Shown piece by piece: positions 47,715 through 58,356 of a stretch of 64,000 bases of DNA. The DNA lies in NCBI GenBank assembly GCA_040776945.1, contig JAXGZN010000001.1, positions 544,001 through 608,000 on the forward strand, read 5' to 3'. Within the stretch, counting starts at the first letter, position 1, and every line of letters starts with the position of its first letter. The position numbers were made by a program, and so were the translations under genes. Origin of the DNA: Methanomassiliicoccaceae archaeon. Its GTDB lineage: Archaea > Thermoplasmatota > Thermoplasmata > Methanomassiliicoccales > Methanomassiliicoccaceae. The notes under the pieces were generated by a model. That model had not been told where the DNA came from and did no database searches. It saw nothing but the letters and a program-made list of their open reading frames with translations.

Positions 47715-48344
47715 TCACTTATCGCAGGCCGACCTCGTCCTCTGCCTCCACTGGTTGCGCAGCACGTAGGCGATGAAGGCGATGATCACGCCGCCGACGA
47801 TGACCAGGTCCCATCCGTCCAGGCTCTCGGCGAACTGGATCCAGTACTCTCCGAGGAAGTATCCCGCGGTAACCAGCACGGTGTTCCATATGGTGGCCCC
47901 GAAGAAGGTGAACAGGGCGAACCTCCTGATGTCCATGATGGCGATGCCTGCCGGGAAGGAGATGATGGAACGAATGCCGGGCACGGCGTGGCCGATCAGT
48001 ATGCCGTAGTTGCCCCACTTGACGAACCAGGCGTCGGCCTTGCACAGGTCCTCCTTCCCAAGGCCGATGAACCTTCCGTACCTCTCGATGAACGGCCTTC
48101 CAAGCTTCTTTCCCACGAGGTAGGCGATGGTGGAGCCACCCGCCGCTCCCACCGAACCCACAATGATGACCAGCACGAAGTTCAGCTCCCCGGTTGAGGC
48201 CAGGTAGCCGGCGAAGGGCATGATCAGCTCGCTTGGTATAGGGGTGAAGATGCCTTCCACGAACATCGCCAGGAATATCCCGAGGTATCCTGACGAACTG
48301 ATTAGGGCAAGTATCCATTCATTAATCATCTCGATCAGATTCAT
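47715..48344 (-). CDS. DedA-family membrane protein
   Basis: GYLGIFLAMFVEG..TPIPSELIMPFAGY, PGIRSIISFPAG. Confidence 0.93.
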   Translation of the reverse strand: MNLIEMINEWILALISSSGYLGIFLAMFVEGIFTPIPSELIMPFAGYLASTGELNFVLVIIVGSVGAAGGSTIAYLVGKKLGRPFIERYGRFIGLGKEDLCKADAWFVKWGNYGILIGHAVPGIRSIISFPAGIAIMDIRRFALFTFFGATIWNTVLVTAGYFLGEYWIQFAESLDGWDLVIVGGVIIAFIAYVLRNQWRQRTRSACDK

Positions 48345-48452
48345 CGGTAGCACCCCGGGCCCTGCTCTCTAAATGACGAACGCATAAAGATGTTTCGCCC
48401 CGGAGGCGGTCGCAATCCTCTTGAACCAGGTGCCCCTTACTCTCTCGTTCCT

Positions 48453-49658
48453 ATGGTCGATTTCCGTCCCTTCCGCGGCGTCCTGCCGCACCTGAGCAAG
48501 GGCGAGGACATCGCTGATCGCGTCTCCCCTCCGTACGACATCATCACCCCGGAGGAGCGGGCCAAGCTGCAGTCCAAGCCGTACAATATCACCAAGATCA
48601 CACTGGGCGCGGTGGACGGCCGATATGAGGAGGCGGCCCGCCTGCTCGATTCCTGGCTCTCGTCCTCGAAGCTCGTGCAGGACAAGGAAGATTGCTACTA
48701 CCTCTACCGCCAGGGGTTCAAGGACGGGGATCGATGGCTCGCTCGCACCGGCATCATCGGCATCCTTCGCTCGGAGGGCTACGAGGCAGGGAACGTCATT
48801 CCTCATGAGGAGACGTTCCCCAAGGTGAAGGAGGACCGGCTGAACCTCCTGCGGGCGACGAGCGCCCACTGCGAATCGATCTTCGGGCTCTATGACCGCT
48901 CGGACCTGGACCTGGACGCTGTGGAGAAGAGCTCCACCAAGCTGTACGAGTGCGCCGATGCTTCAGGCACCAGACACCAGTTGTTCCGCGTGGCCGACCG
49001 CGCCGCGGTGGACGCGATACGAAGCATGATGGCCTCCAAGAAGGTCCTCATCGCCGACGGCCACCACCGATACGAGACCTCGCACAAGTACGCTCTGGAG
49101 AACCCGGGGGACCCTGGGAAGGGCTACGTGCTGTGCACCATGGTGTCGTCCCAGGACTCCGGCATGTTCGTGAGGCCGACCCACCGCCTCATCCGCAACC
49201 TCAGGGTCAAGGAGAACGAGCTGCTGGAGGCCATGTCCAAGCACTTCTCCGTCCGCCAGGTCAAGGACGCGGCCGCGGCCGAGGCGATGATGGGCCGGGC
49301 GACCGCGCCGACCTTCGGGCTGCTGTTCCCCGGGGGCAGGGTGGTGGTGGCGGAGTTCTCCGCGCCGGCCGGTGACATCCTGTGGTCGGTGGACACCTAC
49401 GTGTGCCAGGAGGTCATCCTGAAAGGCATCCTGTACGCGATGCCCAAGGGCAACGAGCTGGAGATCGAGTATGATCATGATGCTTCGTCGGTGGAGAGGA
49501 AGGTCCGCTCCGGGAAAGGGGACCTCGCCATCCTGGTCCGTGCCCCGACGCTGGACATGACCTGGAAGTTGGCACAGGGCGGCCGAAAGATGCCGAAGAA
49601 GACCACCTATTTCTGGCCCAAGATCTGGTCGGGGTTCGTGCTCTACAGGATGAAATGA
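48453..49658 (+). CDS. DUF1015-family protein
   Basis: FRPFRG, SPPYDII, IPHEET, IADGHHRYET, PTHRLI, MPKKTTYFWPK. Confidence 0.92.
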   Translation: MVDFRPFRGVLPHLSKGEDIADRVSPPYDIITPEERAKLQSKPYNITKITLGAVDGRYEEAARLLDSWLSSSKLVQDKEDCYYLYRQGFKDGDRWLARTGIIGILRSEGYEAGNVIPHEETFPKVKEDRLNLLRATSAHCESIFGLYDRSDLDLDAVEKSSTKLYECADASGTRHQLFRVADRAAVDAIRSMMASKKVLIADGHHRYETSHKYALENPGDPGKGYVLCTMVSSQDSGMFVRPTHRLIRNLRVKENELLEAMSKHFSVRQVKDAAAAEAMMGRATAPTFGLLFPGGRVVVAEFSAPAGDILWSVDTYVCQEVILKGILYAMPKGNELEIEYDHDASSVERKVRSGKGDLAILVRAPTLDMTWKLAQGGRKMPKKTTYFWPKIWSGFVLYRMK

Positions 49659-49691
49659 GCCTTCTCCGCGACCGGTCCGGAAGCGCAAGGG

Positions 49692-51296
49692 TTAGAGGTA
49701 GCCCTCGTCGTCATCGTCCTGGTCCCTCCTGCCCTTCTTGGCGGCCCGCCTCTGCAGGTCCTCCATGCCCCTCATTGAGCGGTGCTGCGGCCTCCTGGCC
49801 ATCTTCCCGCGGCGCCCGAAGTAGTACAGGGCGGCGACGATCAATACCGCGCCGACGGCGGCGATGATCCCATAGATCGCCAGGGGGTTGGTCGGCTCCA
49901 CCGCTACCGAGCCGAGGGAGAGCGTCTGTCCCGGCGACAGGCTCACGGTGATGGTCTTGCCGTCCCATCCCAGCTTGCTCAGGGTGAGGTTGTGCTGCCC
50001 GGCGCGGGCGTTGGTGATGAACTCGCCAGCCTCGTTGGTGACCACGTATTCGCCGTTGTCCAGGGAGACCTTCACTCCCGCCAGGGGCTTGCCGTCCTTG
50101 TCCGTGACCACGCCGGTGATGGTCCCCCGATCGGTGGTGGTGAAGCTCCAGGTCTCCTGGACCACGTTGCCCACCTTGTCGACGGCCTCAACGCTCACGT
50201 GATAGGTGGTCCCATAGGCAAGCGCGGTGGCCGGGGTAAAGGTCAGGTTGTTCCCTTCCCAGCTCAAGGTTCCCGCCACACCGCTCACGGTGAGATTGGT
50301 CGCTGACGCGTCCATCCCCTTGGAGAAGTTCACCTGGACCACTGTGTCCACAGGCTCCTGGTCTCCGACCGGCCCCTTGCTCACGATAGATGGGCGCACG
50401 GTGTCGATGAGGAAGGTCACCTCGTCCGAGGCGGTGCTGTTGGCGATGTCGTAGGCCACGATCCTAACGGTGTGATAGCCGTCGGCGAAATTGGCGTTGT
50501 AGTGGCCCTCTTCTGGTATCGCGGTGGTCACCTTCACGCCATCGACCCATATCTGGTACCCCACGATGTTGTTCCCGGCATCGTAGCCGCTCCATACCAC
50601 GGTGACGTCTCCGTGATTGAACCCTGCGCCGTCCCCAGGGTAGGTGATGTTCACCACGGGAATTGTATTGTCAACGCTGAAGGTCACGATGGCCGTCGAC
50701 GTCCTCCCGCCCCAGGCATGGGCCACCACGGTCACCGTGTGCTGCCCGTTGCTCACGTTCTGGAAGGTGTTGGACGATTGGCCTGACGGCACGGGAGTGA
50801 TCCAGGGCTCGGAGTCCATCCGGACATCGAAATAGGTGATGCCAACATTGCTGGACGCCTGCCAGCGCACGGTAACGTCCGAGCTGTTGAGCCAGCTGTT
50901 GCTCGCCGGGGTCAATATCTTAAGGGCCGGGGGGGTGGTGTCGATGTAGAAGGTCACCGAATCCTCGGCGGAGTCGCCGAAGTCGTTGGTGGCCCTGACC
51001 GTGACGGTGTGCCGCCCGTCGGCGAGGCCAGTGACATTGTATTCATGCATGCCGGTCATGATGGGCGAGGAAGCGGAATCGATGTAGACCTCGAAGTCGT
51101 TGATCTCGTGCGTCGTGTCCTCCGCGGTCCAGGACACCCGGACGTATGGTGTCTGAACATACTCGCTCTGCTGCGGAGTGTTGATTTTCAAAGTGAGCGT
51201 GCCTGCCGCTGAGACCTCGCCCGCAGGAGCGATAAGGGCCACCCCTCCGCTGAAGACCACAAGCATCGCTATCAGTAAAGCTGCCGAACGTCCCAT
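49692..51296 (-). CDS. Membrane-anchored surface protein with tandem Ig-like domains and a carboxypeptidase-regulatory-like domain
   Basis: Signal peptide; repeated 'DG.HTVTV.A.D..GN....VTF.IDT.P' units; SbsA-like Ig domain; GTITGVVTD.DGKPL.GV; C-terminal TM plus basic tail. Confidence 0.85.
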   Translation of the reverse strand: MGRSAALLIAMLVVFSGGVALIAPAGEVSAAGTLTLKINTPQQSEYVQTPYVRVSWTAEDTTHEINDFEVYIDSASSPIMTGMHEYNVTGLADGRHTVTVRATNDFGDSAEDSVTFYIDTTPPALKILTPASNSWLNSSDVTVRWQASSNVGITYFDVRMDSEPWITPVPSGQSSNTFQNVSNGQHTVTVVAHAWGGRTSTAIVTFSVDNTIPVVNITYPGDGAGFNHGDVTVVWSGYDAGNNIVGYQIWVDGVKVTTAIPEEGHYNANFADGYHTVRIVAYDIANSTASDEVTFLIDTVRPSIVSKGPVGDQEPVDTVVQVNFSKGMDASATNLTVSGVAGTLSWEGNNLTFTPATALAYGTTYHVSVEAVDKVGNVVQETWSFTTTDRGTITGVVTDKDGKPLAGVKVSLDNGEYVVTNEAGEFITNARAGQHNLTLSKLGWDGKTITVSLSPGQTLSLGSVAVEPTNPLAIYGIIAAVGAVLIVAALYYFGRRGKMARRPQHRSMRGMEDLQRRAAKKGRRDQDDDDEGYL

Positions 51297-51677
51297 CCCG
51301 ATCCCATCCCGAGTGCTCTATTGGTCCAAAATCGGTTACAAAGCTATATAATTAACTTAATGCGAACGAGGGGATGAAAGCATGCGGGTCGCGTCCTTTC
51401 GGTCGCCTCCCCGTGGATCCTTTCGGTGCGGCAAACCAGTTCCTAAAGCGTTGATTGGGGGGGCACGACCTCTCGGGTAGTGAACTGACGATGTCGCACG
51501 ATCATGGCGCTCCGGTCAAGAATGCCGGCCGGGCGATCGAGAGGCAGGGCGGGAACCGCCCGAGCTAGCCTGCGAGCACAGGGCCATAGTCTCGCGAAGC
51601 ATGATGAGGAGAGCCCGACGATGAGTTAAGAAGTACCGTGTGGGCGGATCGGTCCTCTTGCGCAGAAAATTGGAACG

Positions 51678-51752
51678 TGGAGCCACTGGAGGGAATTGAA
51701 CCCTCGACCTACGCCTTACCAAGGCGTCGCTATACCACTAAGCCACAGTGGC
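51678..51752 (-). tRNA. tRNA-Thr(GGT), encoded CCA
   Basis: GCCACTG acceptor, ACGCC-TTGGTAA-GGCGT anticodon arm, GAGGGTTCAATTCCCTC T arm, CAGTGGCTCCA. Confidence 0.95.
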
Positions 51753-51817
51753 GGATGGAGACCATCAATTCGCTTGTCGTTAATATAGATTTCGACCCCG
51801 GCCAGGATGCCTGGTGG

Positions 51818-52171
51818 TCAGCCCGCCATGGGCGTGGATAGTATCCCCAGGCTCTCGTAGCTGTAGACCGCGATATTGCCCCTTCCCCGGCGGCTGATGC
51901 GATCGAGCGTCGGGAGGTAGGCGTCGTTGGGGACGATGACCACGACATAGAGCCCGTCGCGCGCTGCCTCGTTGTACTCCTCCACAGCGTCGTTCCTAGC
52001 CCAACTGATGTCCGATTCTATGAACTCGGCACCGATCGCCCCGTCCTCGGTCAGGACGGTGATGACACCATAGTTTTCCGGGGCGATGAGCTCATAGTCC
52101 ATCTCCAGCTCCGGTTCGTCCTCCTCCAGCTGGTCGATCCGCTGCAGTATGACATCCTCGACGTCTATCAA
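51818..52171 (-). CDS. Acidic hypothetical protein
   Basis: GAGGTGA RBS before TTG; alpha/beta-like pattern. Confidence 0.7.
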   Translation of the reverse strand: MIDVEDVILQRIDQLEEDEPELEMDYELIAPENYGVITVLTEDGAIGAEFIESDISWARNDAVEEYNEAARDGLYVVVIVPNDAYLPTLDRISRRGRGNIAVYSYESLGILSTPMAG

Positions 52172-52766
52172 CGCATCACCTCAGGGACCTGGAGCTAGAC
52201 TAATCTTTCGGCCTGCGTTCCATCAATGACGATGATCCTAGTCCAGGATGGAGTAGGCGGACGAAGCTCGGGACTAGGCCGATGCGCTATTTCCGGAACG
52301 GTCCATGACCGACGCCATGGCGGAACAGCCTCATGCTATCGTGACCGGTCCCGGCAGATAGCTTGGACATCAAGGTGCCGTAGAACATGCGCTCGACCTC
52401 GTCTGTCAGTGTGCGGCATTTTCTCCGCTGCCAGCACTGGACAGATGGCTGGGCGGCGACGACCCTTGTCCGTGGCCCATCTCATCGCTGGCAAAGGCGA
52501 CAATGCCACCATCCTCCACCTATTTCATGACCGCCGGGGCCTGGACCGGGCCGGAGCCCGTCAGAGGCTGGAGCCCTTTTCTGATGCCTACGTTGCCAAC
52601 TTTGTTCCAGCCCTCCGCACCGAGGACCTAGTACGGGACCTCCGGGACTTCGGTAGGGTACTTCATGGTGGCATGGCGACCGCTCTTCTCGAAAAACGAG
52701 ATGCGGAGGAGGTGAGCGCCGGCGGGCCAGCAAAGCTTATTTGTTCGCAACGGTAGAGGGGGAGCG

Positions 52767-54710
52767 ATGAAGGAAGAGATGAGCACGTTCGACGTCCTGG
52801 CCATGGTAGGGGAGATGCGGTCCTTGGCGGGTGGCTATCTGGACAAGGTGTTCCACTGGGACGTCAAGAACGTCCTCCTTAGGATCAACGCTCCCGGGGG
52901 CAAGAGGGAGCTGGTGGTGCAGGACATGCGCTGGCTGTACATAGCTCCGGAGAAGCCGGAGACACCGGACATGCCCTCCCAGTTCGCCGTGAACCTGCGG
53001 AAGCACTTGACGAACACGCGCATCACCGCCATCCGCCAGCGGGAGTTCGACCGCATCGTGGTGCTGGACCTGGAGAAGGGGCCGAACCAATACCAGCTGG
53101 TGATCGAGCTCTTCGGCGACGGGAACCTGGTTCTGGTCTCGGGCGGCAAGATCCTCAACTCGGTGCACTCGCGCAAGTGGCGACACCGCGAGGTCCGCCC
53201 CGGCCTCGAGTACTCGTTCCCGCCGTCGAGGTTCAACCCGCTGGACATGGACGAGGGATCGTTCCGCAAGGCGGTCCTGGGATCGACGTCGGACGCCGTC
53301 CGCACGCTGGCCACGACCATCAACATCGGGGGGCAGTACGCCGAGGAGGTGTGCATCCGCGCTGGGGTGGAGAAGGACCGCAAGGCCAAGTCCCTCGCGC
53401 CGGAGGAGATAGGCAAGCTCTACGAGGCGCTGACGCTGCTGCTCAAGGAGGCCGCCGGAGCACCCAGAGCGAGGGAGATACTGGAGAACGGCAAGCCCAT
53501 CGATGTCACTCCGGTGCCCCTGATCCAGTACGCCGACCGAGAGGCGCGGGAGCATCCCACCTTCTCGGACGCCATTCATCGCTATGTACAGGAGCGCGTG
53601 CCGGAAGAAGGGGAGAAGGACGACCCGGAGGTCCAGCGTCTGCAGAGGCAGCTGGCCCAGCAGAGGGCGGCCATCGAGGCGCAGCTGGCGGAAGCGCGGG
53701 GATACGCGGAGCAGGCGGAGGCCATCTACTCCGACTATCTGGTCACCGAGGCGCTGCTTAAGACGCTCAAGGCCAAGGCCGAGGGCCTGAACTGGGAGCG
53801 TACCAGGGAGGCGCTCTCCGCCATCCCCGGCATCAGCAAGGTCGATCCCCAGGAGCACCGAGTGGTCGCGCTCATCGCCGGGAAGGATGTTACGCTGGAC
53901 TACACGCTGGGCGTAGAGGGCAACGCCAACGCGCTGTACCAGCGCGGGAAGGAGGCTAAGGAGAAGATGCAGGGCGCGCAGCAGGCGCTCGCAGAGACGG
54001 AGAAGCGGCTCTCCCAGAAGGTCAAGGAGGGTGAGTCGCGGAAGAAGCGGGAGAAGCATGTCGCACGCAAGACCAAGGAGTTCTGGTTCGAGCGGTATAA
54101 GTGGTTCGTCACCTCCGGCGGGCATCTGGTGCTGGCCGGCCGGGACGCGCACAGCAACGACCAGTTGGTCAAGAAGCATCTGAAGACCACGGAGCGGTTC
54201 GCCCACGCCGACGTCCACGGCGCGCCCAGCGTGGTGGTGTTCAACGGGGCAAGCGCGAGCGAGGAGGAGATGGTCGAGGCGTGCACCTTCGCGCTGGCTC
54301 ATTCGAAAGCTTGGATGGCCGGGGCGTCCGAGGGAACCGCGTACTGGGTGTTGCCTGACCAAGTGAGCAAGATGGCCCAGGCCGGAGAGTTCGTGCCCCG
54401 CGGCGCCTTCGTCATTCGAGGGAAGCGCAATTACGAGTACCACCTGCCGCTGATGCTGGCGGTCGGCGAGATCGCCTACGAGGGCGAGCGCAAGATCATG
54501 TGCGGACCGCTGGGCGCGGTGCAGGCGATGTCCTCCAGGTATGTCGTCATCGAGCCGGGCAAGAAGGTAAAGACCAAGGCATCGGCCGCCCTGGCCCGGA
54601 TGTTCGACGTGCCGGAGGAGGAGATCGCTCGAATACTGCCGCCCGGCGAGGTCGAGATCGCCAGCACAGAGGGCATCGAGGAAGAGCCGGAGAGACTGGA
54701 CGAGAACTGA
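52767..54710 (+). CDS. rqcH: Ribosome quality-control protein Rqc2/RqcH (NEMF/NFACT family)
   Basis: MSTFDV, FAVNLRKHL, FDRIV, ELFGDGN, WFERYKWF, AGRDA.SND, HADVHGAP, GAFVIRGKRNY. Confidence 0.93.
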   Translation: MKEEMSTFDVLAMVGEMRSLAGGYLDKVFHWDVKNVLLRINAPGGKRELVVQDMRWLYIAPEKPETPDMPSQFAVNLRKHLTNTRITAIRQREFDRIVVLDLEKGPNQYQLVIELFGDGNLVLVSGGKILNSVHSRKWRHREVRPGLEYSFPPSRFNPLDMDEGSFRKAVLGSTSDAVRTLATTINIGGQYAEEVCIRAGVEKDRKAKSLAPEEIGKLYEALTLLLKEAAGAPRAREILENGKPIDVTPVPLIQYADREAREHPTFSDAIHRYVQERVPEEGEKDDPEVQRLQRQLAQQRAAIEAQLAEARGYAEQAEAIYSDYLVTEALLKTLKAKAEGLNWERTREALSAIPGISKVDPQEHRVVALIAGKDVTLDYTLGVEGNANALYQRGKEAKEKMQGAQQALAETEKRLSQKVKEGESRKKREKHVARKTKEFWFERYKWFVTSGGHLVLAGRDAHSNDQLVKKHLKTTERFAHADVHGAPSVVVFNGASASEEEMVEACTFALAHSKAWMAGASEGTAYWVLPDQVSKMAQAGEFVPRGAFVIRGKRNYEYHLPLMLAVGEIAYEGERKIMCGPLGAVQAMSSRYVVIEPGKKVKTKASAALARMFDVPEEEIARILPPGEVEIASTEGIEEEPERLDEN

Positions 54711-54741
54711 GGACGGGATCAGGAGAAGAGTGGGGGATATG

Positions 54742-54815
54742 CGCCCGAGCCGGGATTCGAACCCGGGTCTAAAGATCCGCAATCTCTTAGGATATCCAAG
54801 CTACCCCACTCGGGC
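54742..54815 (-). tRNA. tRNA-Arg(GCG)
   Basis: GCCCGAG/CTCGGGC acceptor, AGAGA-TTGCGGA-TCTTT anticodon arm, CCGGGTTCGAATCCCGG T arm; no encoded CCA. Confidence 0.93.
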
Positions 54816-54957
54816 ATTCCCCCTGTAATAGTTCCCCCTTTAATTCTTTTTGCATTGACGGCCACTGCTTGGATTGCTAGCCCCTCAATTTCATCTCGCA
54901 TAATCAGGTCGCAACGTCCTTAAGTGCGAGCGGCGTCCTTCCCCGGCGGATGGGAAA

Positions 54958-55269
54958 ATGGACAAGGATTTTTGCATCTGGATCGAGCTGGCGTCCAGAA
55001 AGCGCCGGTGCTCCCGCTGTTCCGGGGACATCGGCAAGGGCGTGATGCACGTGCGCATGGGCAACCGCGAGAGGCCCAGAGGAGCGCCGTGCATGTGCGC
55101 CCTGTGCTTCGAGTCGGTCATGAGCGGCCTCTCCGATGAGTACAACGGCATGAAGGACGCCGCGTGCCCCTCAGTAGAGGCTGGACCCATGCTCGAGCTC
55201 GGACCCCGGTGCTTCAGCTGCGGCCTGCCGCCGGAGCGATGTCAGTGCGCGCGCGAGGCGTACCGCTAG
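54958..55269 (+). CDS. Cys-rich putative zinc-finger protein
   Basis: CSRC...CALC...CFSC...CQC. Confidence 0.65.
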   Translation: MDKDFCIWIELASRKRRCSRCSGDIGKGVMHVRMGNRERPRGAPCMCALCFESVMSGLSDEYNGMKDAACPSVEAGPMLELGPRCFSCGLPPERCQCAREAYR

Positions 55270-56130
55270 TCAGTAGCTCGTGGTCATATCCACCTTGCCG
55301 GCTCGGCGGGCCCGTCGGTCGGCGTAGCGGAAGATCAGCGTGGACGCGGCCAGGAACGCAAGGGTGGAGACGACCAGGTAGAGCATGATGGTCCCCGAAC
55401 CGAGGGCCCCCAGGCCGCTGATGGCCTCCATCGCGCTGCCTGGATACAGCGAGCGGCGGACCAGCTCCAGCCAGTAGGTGAGCGGTATGGCCATGCCGAC
55501 CGCCTGCGCCCAGGACGGCAGCACAGTCAGGGGGAACAGCGTGCCGCACAGCAGGTAGAACGCCCCGCCGATGCCCTCGTTGATGCCGGAGCTGTGCTTC
55601 GCCGTCAGGAAGGTGATCCCGGCGAGGGCGATGCCTATCGCCAGTATGCACGATATCCCTAGAGCCATGGCCGCGGCGAAGAGCGGCCAGTCCACCGTCC
55701 CGAGGTCAAGCGGCAGCCCGAGCACCAGAATGCCGAAGGCGATGGAGATCACCACCGACACCGAGGTCAGGAGGAGCTTGCTCATCGCCCTCCCGATGAT
55801 GTACACCCGGATGGAGATCGGCGCGATGTACAACTGCTTCAGCGTCTGATAGTGCTCGCGGTCCTCCATTATCACCATGGTAGCGCCCATCATCACCTGC
55901 GCGACGAACATGAAGAACACCGAGCCGAGGTAGGTGAAGGCGAACATGGCCGGATCGTTGGCCACGCCTTGCTTCACCACAAGGAACATCACCACCAGGA
56001 TGAGCGTGGCGGCGATGGGGCGGGCTATGGAATATATCATGAACAGCCATGGCCGGGTCCAGTTGGACTCCATCTGCCAGCCAAGCCAGGCGGCGTGGCG
56101 GAAGGTCCTCAGGTGCGCGCTCACTGCCAT
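55270..56130 (-). CDS. ABC-2 type exporter permease
   Basis: EDREHYQTLK.LYIAP, LLCGTLFPL..LPSW, IPLTYWLE. Start trimmed to MAVSAHL. Confidence 0.88.
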   Translation of the reverse strand: MAVSAHLRTFRHAAWLGWQMESNWTRPWLFMIYSIARPIAATLILVVMFLVVKQGVANDPAMFAFTYLGSVFFMFVAQVMMGATMVIMEDREHYQTLKQLYIAPISIRVYIIGRAMSKLLLTSVSVVISIAFGILVLGLPLDLGTVDWPLFAAAMALGISCILAIGIALAGITFLTAKHSSGINEGIGGAFYLLCGTLFPLTVLPSWAQAVGMAIPLTYWLELVRRSLYPGSAMEAISGLGALGSGTIMLYLVVSTLAFLAASTLIFRYADRRARRAGKVDMTTSY

Positions 56131-56930
56131 CTCAGGGTCAGCCTCCCCTCTTTGCGCCCCAATCGTTCCATGTACCTCAGGGCGTAGCGGGCCAGCACCA
56201 GGAAGGCCACGGCCAGCACGCACAATATCACCAGCTCTGTGGCCACCGGCAGAAGGCCGAGGGCCTGCTCGCCGAACAAAAGCTGGCGCATCGCGTCGAG
56301 GCCCAGGGTGATAGGTATTATGGACGCGGCCGCGCTCACCCAGGGGCCGAGGGCGCGCACCGGGAAGTAGAACCCCGAGACCAGGTAGATGGGTTCCTGC
56401 AGCAGGTTGGAGATGTTCCATGCGTCGCGGCCGTAGAGCATGAACAGCGAGGCGAACATCATGCCCATGCCGTAGATGGCGATGAGCGTCACGAGGAACA
56501 CCGCCGCTAGGAACAGGGGTTCTTCCACGGTCATGTGCACGTCGAAGATGATGAGGCCTAAGAACAGGGTGGACAGCGCTCGCACCCCGGCGGAGAACAT
56601 GCCCCCCAGGGCCATGCCCGCGAGGAGCGCCATGCGGGACATCGGCGAGACCAGGAACAGCTGCAGGTTGCCGATCTCCTTCTCCCAGTAGAACTGGGAG
56701 GCCATTCCCCACAGCACATTGAGCCAGAAGGCGGTCATCGCCCCGCCGAGGACCACGAACCCCTCGAAGGACGAGGCGGCTCCCAGAGCCCGGTAGTAGT
56801 AGATGTAGGCGGCGATGCCCAAGAGCGGAAGGAGGACGTCGAAGAAGGTCCAGGACGGCTCCCGGAGGGCGCCGATGACCCGGGGGTACGCCCGCCCGAC
56901 GGCTGCTCTCAGGTTCAGGGGCATCTCCAC
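56121..56930 (-). CDS. ABC-2 type exporter permease
   Basis: WEKEIGNLQLFLVSPMSR, VSGFYFPV, IPITLGLDAMR. Confidence 0.9.
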   Translation of the reverse strand: MEMPLNLRAAVGRAYPRVIGALREPSWTFFDVLLPLLGIAAYIYYYRALGAASSFEGFVVLGGAMTAFWLNVLWGMASQFYWEKEIGNLQLFLVSPMSRMALLAGMALGGMFSAGVRALSTLFLGLIIFDVHMTVEEPLFLAAVFLVTLIAIYGMGMMFASLFMLYGRDAWNISNLLQEPIYLVSGFYFPVRALGPWVSAAASIIPITLGLDAMRQLLFGEQALGLLPVATELVILCVLAVAFLVLARYALRYMERLGRKEGRLTLRWQ

Positions 56931-57883
56931 TATCCCAATCCTCTCCCTACCATCTCGATGAACGCGTCCTCCAGTGTGGCCTCGACCTTATTGAGGGAGA
57001 CTATCCTTCCGCCGCGGGAGACGACCGCGGAGATGACGTCGGATATCGCCGACTCGTCCTCCAGCACCAGGCGCACGCGTTTCCCGCTCTCGATCTCATC
57101 GGCGCTGACCCCTTTGACCCCTCGGACCGCCGACAGCGGGGCTGGATCGAAAGAAGTGGTGTCCATCACGAAGGTCGAGGCGTGGTTCATCCTTCTCTTC
57201 AACTCGGCCGGAGGGCCGCAGGCCAGGATGGTCCCCCGGTCGATTATGGCCACGCGATCGCACAGCTCCTCCGCTTCCCGCATATAGTGTGTGGTGAGCA
57301 GCAGCGTCCGGTCGTCCCGCGCCCTCACCCAGTCCCGGATGTACTCCCGGATGGTCCGGCTGGTGGTGACATCTAGGCCCAGCGTCGGCTCGTCCAGGAA
57401 GATCAGCTTGGGATCGGTGACAAAACCCCGGATTATGTTCATCCTCTGCCGCTGGCCGGTGGATATCGTCCTCACCTTGGCGTTGGCCTTGTCCTCCAGC
57501 CCGAAGGCCTTCAACAGGCCGTCGATCCTCTCCCTGGCCACGCTGCCGGGGACGCCGTAGAACTGGGAGAACATCCACAGGTTCTCACGGACGGTTAGAA
57601 GGCCGTATCCCGATGTCTCCCCTCCGGACACCATGTTGATCAGCGGCCTTATCTTCGAGGCTTCCCCGTCCACGTCGTACCCCAGCACCTTGGCGGTGCC
57701 GCTGGTCGGGAGCAGAAGCGTCGACAGAATCTTGATGAGGGTGGTCTTCCCCGCTCCATTGGGCCCCAGGAGCCCGAACAGCTCGCCCTCCTTGACCTTG
57801 AGGTCGACGTTCTCCAGGGCGACCACGGTCTGCTTCCCTGTGAAGGCGCGGGACAGTGCGGAGACCTCCAGGGCGTAGGCCAT
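56930..57883 (-). CDS. ABC-2 exporter ATP-binding protein (DrrA-like)
   Basis: GPNGAGKTT, STGQRQR, FLDEPTLGLD, TTHYMREAEELCDRV, TLEDAF. Confidence 0.93.
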   Translation of the reverse strand: MAYALEVSALSRAFTGKQTVVALENVDLKVKEGELFGLLGPNGAGKTTLIKILSTLLLPTSGTAKVLGYDVDGEASKIRPLINMVSGGETSGYGLLTVRENLWMFSQFYGVPGSVARERIDGLLKAFGLEDKANAKVRTISTGQRQRMNIIRGFVTDPKLIFLDEPTLGLDVTTSRTIREYIRDWVRARDDRTLLLTTHYMREAEELCDRVAIIDRGTILACGPPAELKRRMNHASTFVMDTTSFDPAPLSAVRGVKGVSADEIESGKRVRLVLEDESAISDVISAVVSRGGRIVSLNKVEATLEDAFIEMVGRGLG

Positions 57884-58035
57884 GCGCCCGGCCAGAACTT
57901 GTCGCTAGAAAAAAGTATCGAGCTTCAGCGCCCGAACGTGTGGGGGCATCGGCAGGAAGGGGCGGCCAACACCCGGAACGGGCGATGGCGGAACGGTGAT
58001 CGTTTCGTACCGAAGGAGTTCACAAGGTTCGGAGC

Positions 58036-58227
58036 TTAGTGCTCCATGTTCTGCCAGTAGGTGGTGACGTAGCCGGCGATGCGGTTGCGCATCATGACGC
58101 TGTCAACGTTGGTGAGCTTGGATACAAGCTCCTTGTTGTTCTCGAAGTCGTCGTTGAAGACCGTGGGATACTTCTGAACGAGCTCGAGGGCGATCCTCTT
58201 GATGTAGGTAGGACGGATGTTTCCCAT
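58036..58227 (-). CDS. rps17e: 30S ribosomal protein S17e
   Basis: MGNIRPTYIKR...F..DFENNK..V...MRNRIAGYVT. Confidence 0.97.
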   Translation of the reverse strand: MGNIRPTYIKRIALELVQKYPTVFNDDFENNKELVSKLTNVDSVMMRNRIAGYVTTYWQNMEH

Positions 58228-58356
58228 GAAAGTCACCTATGAGTAACAACCGGGTTAAGCCGAGACCGTATATAACGCTTTTTCCGGCATGTGGGCGCGT
58301 CCTCCGCCGTGCCGACAGTCAGGATTTATCTTCCGAACGCTCCCAATGGTTCGCCA

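Noticed and set aside
51598-51640. Possible C/D-box sRNA (ATGATGA..CCGA..CGATGA)
   Set aside because: The first guide is only 7 nt and there is no terminal CTGA D box.
52737-54782. 681-aa minus-strand ORF, and similar long ORFs at 31736-32839, 32836-34095, 58255-59406 and 60317-61339
   Set aside because: Antisense shadows of well-supported high-GC genes (rqcH, cls, thrC, S26, HAD); no motifs.
35979-54815. Integrated elements at tRNA-Arg(TCG), tRNA-Thr or tRNA-Arg(GCG)
   Set aside because: No duplicated tRNA 3' ends or adjacent integrases found within the window.
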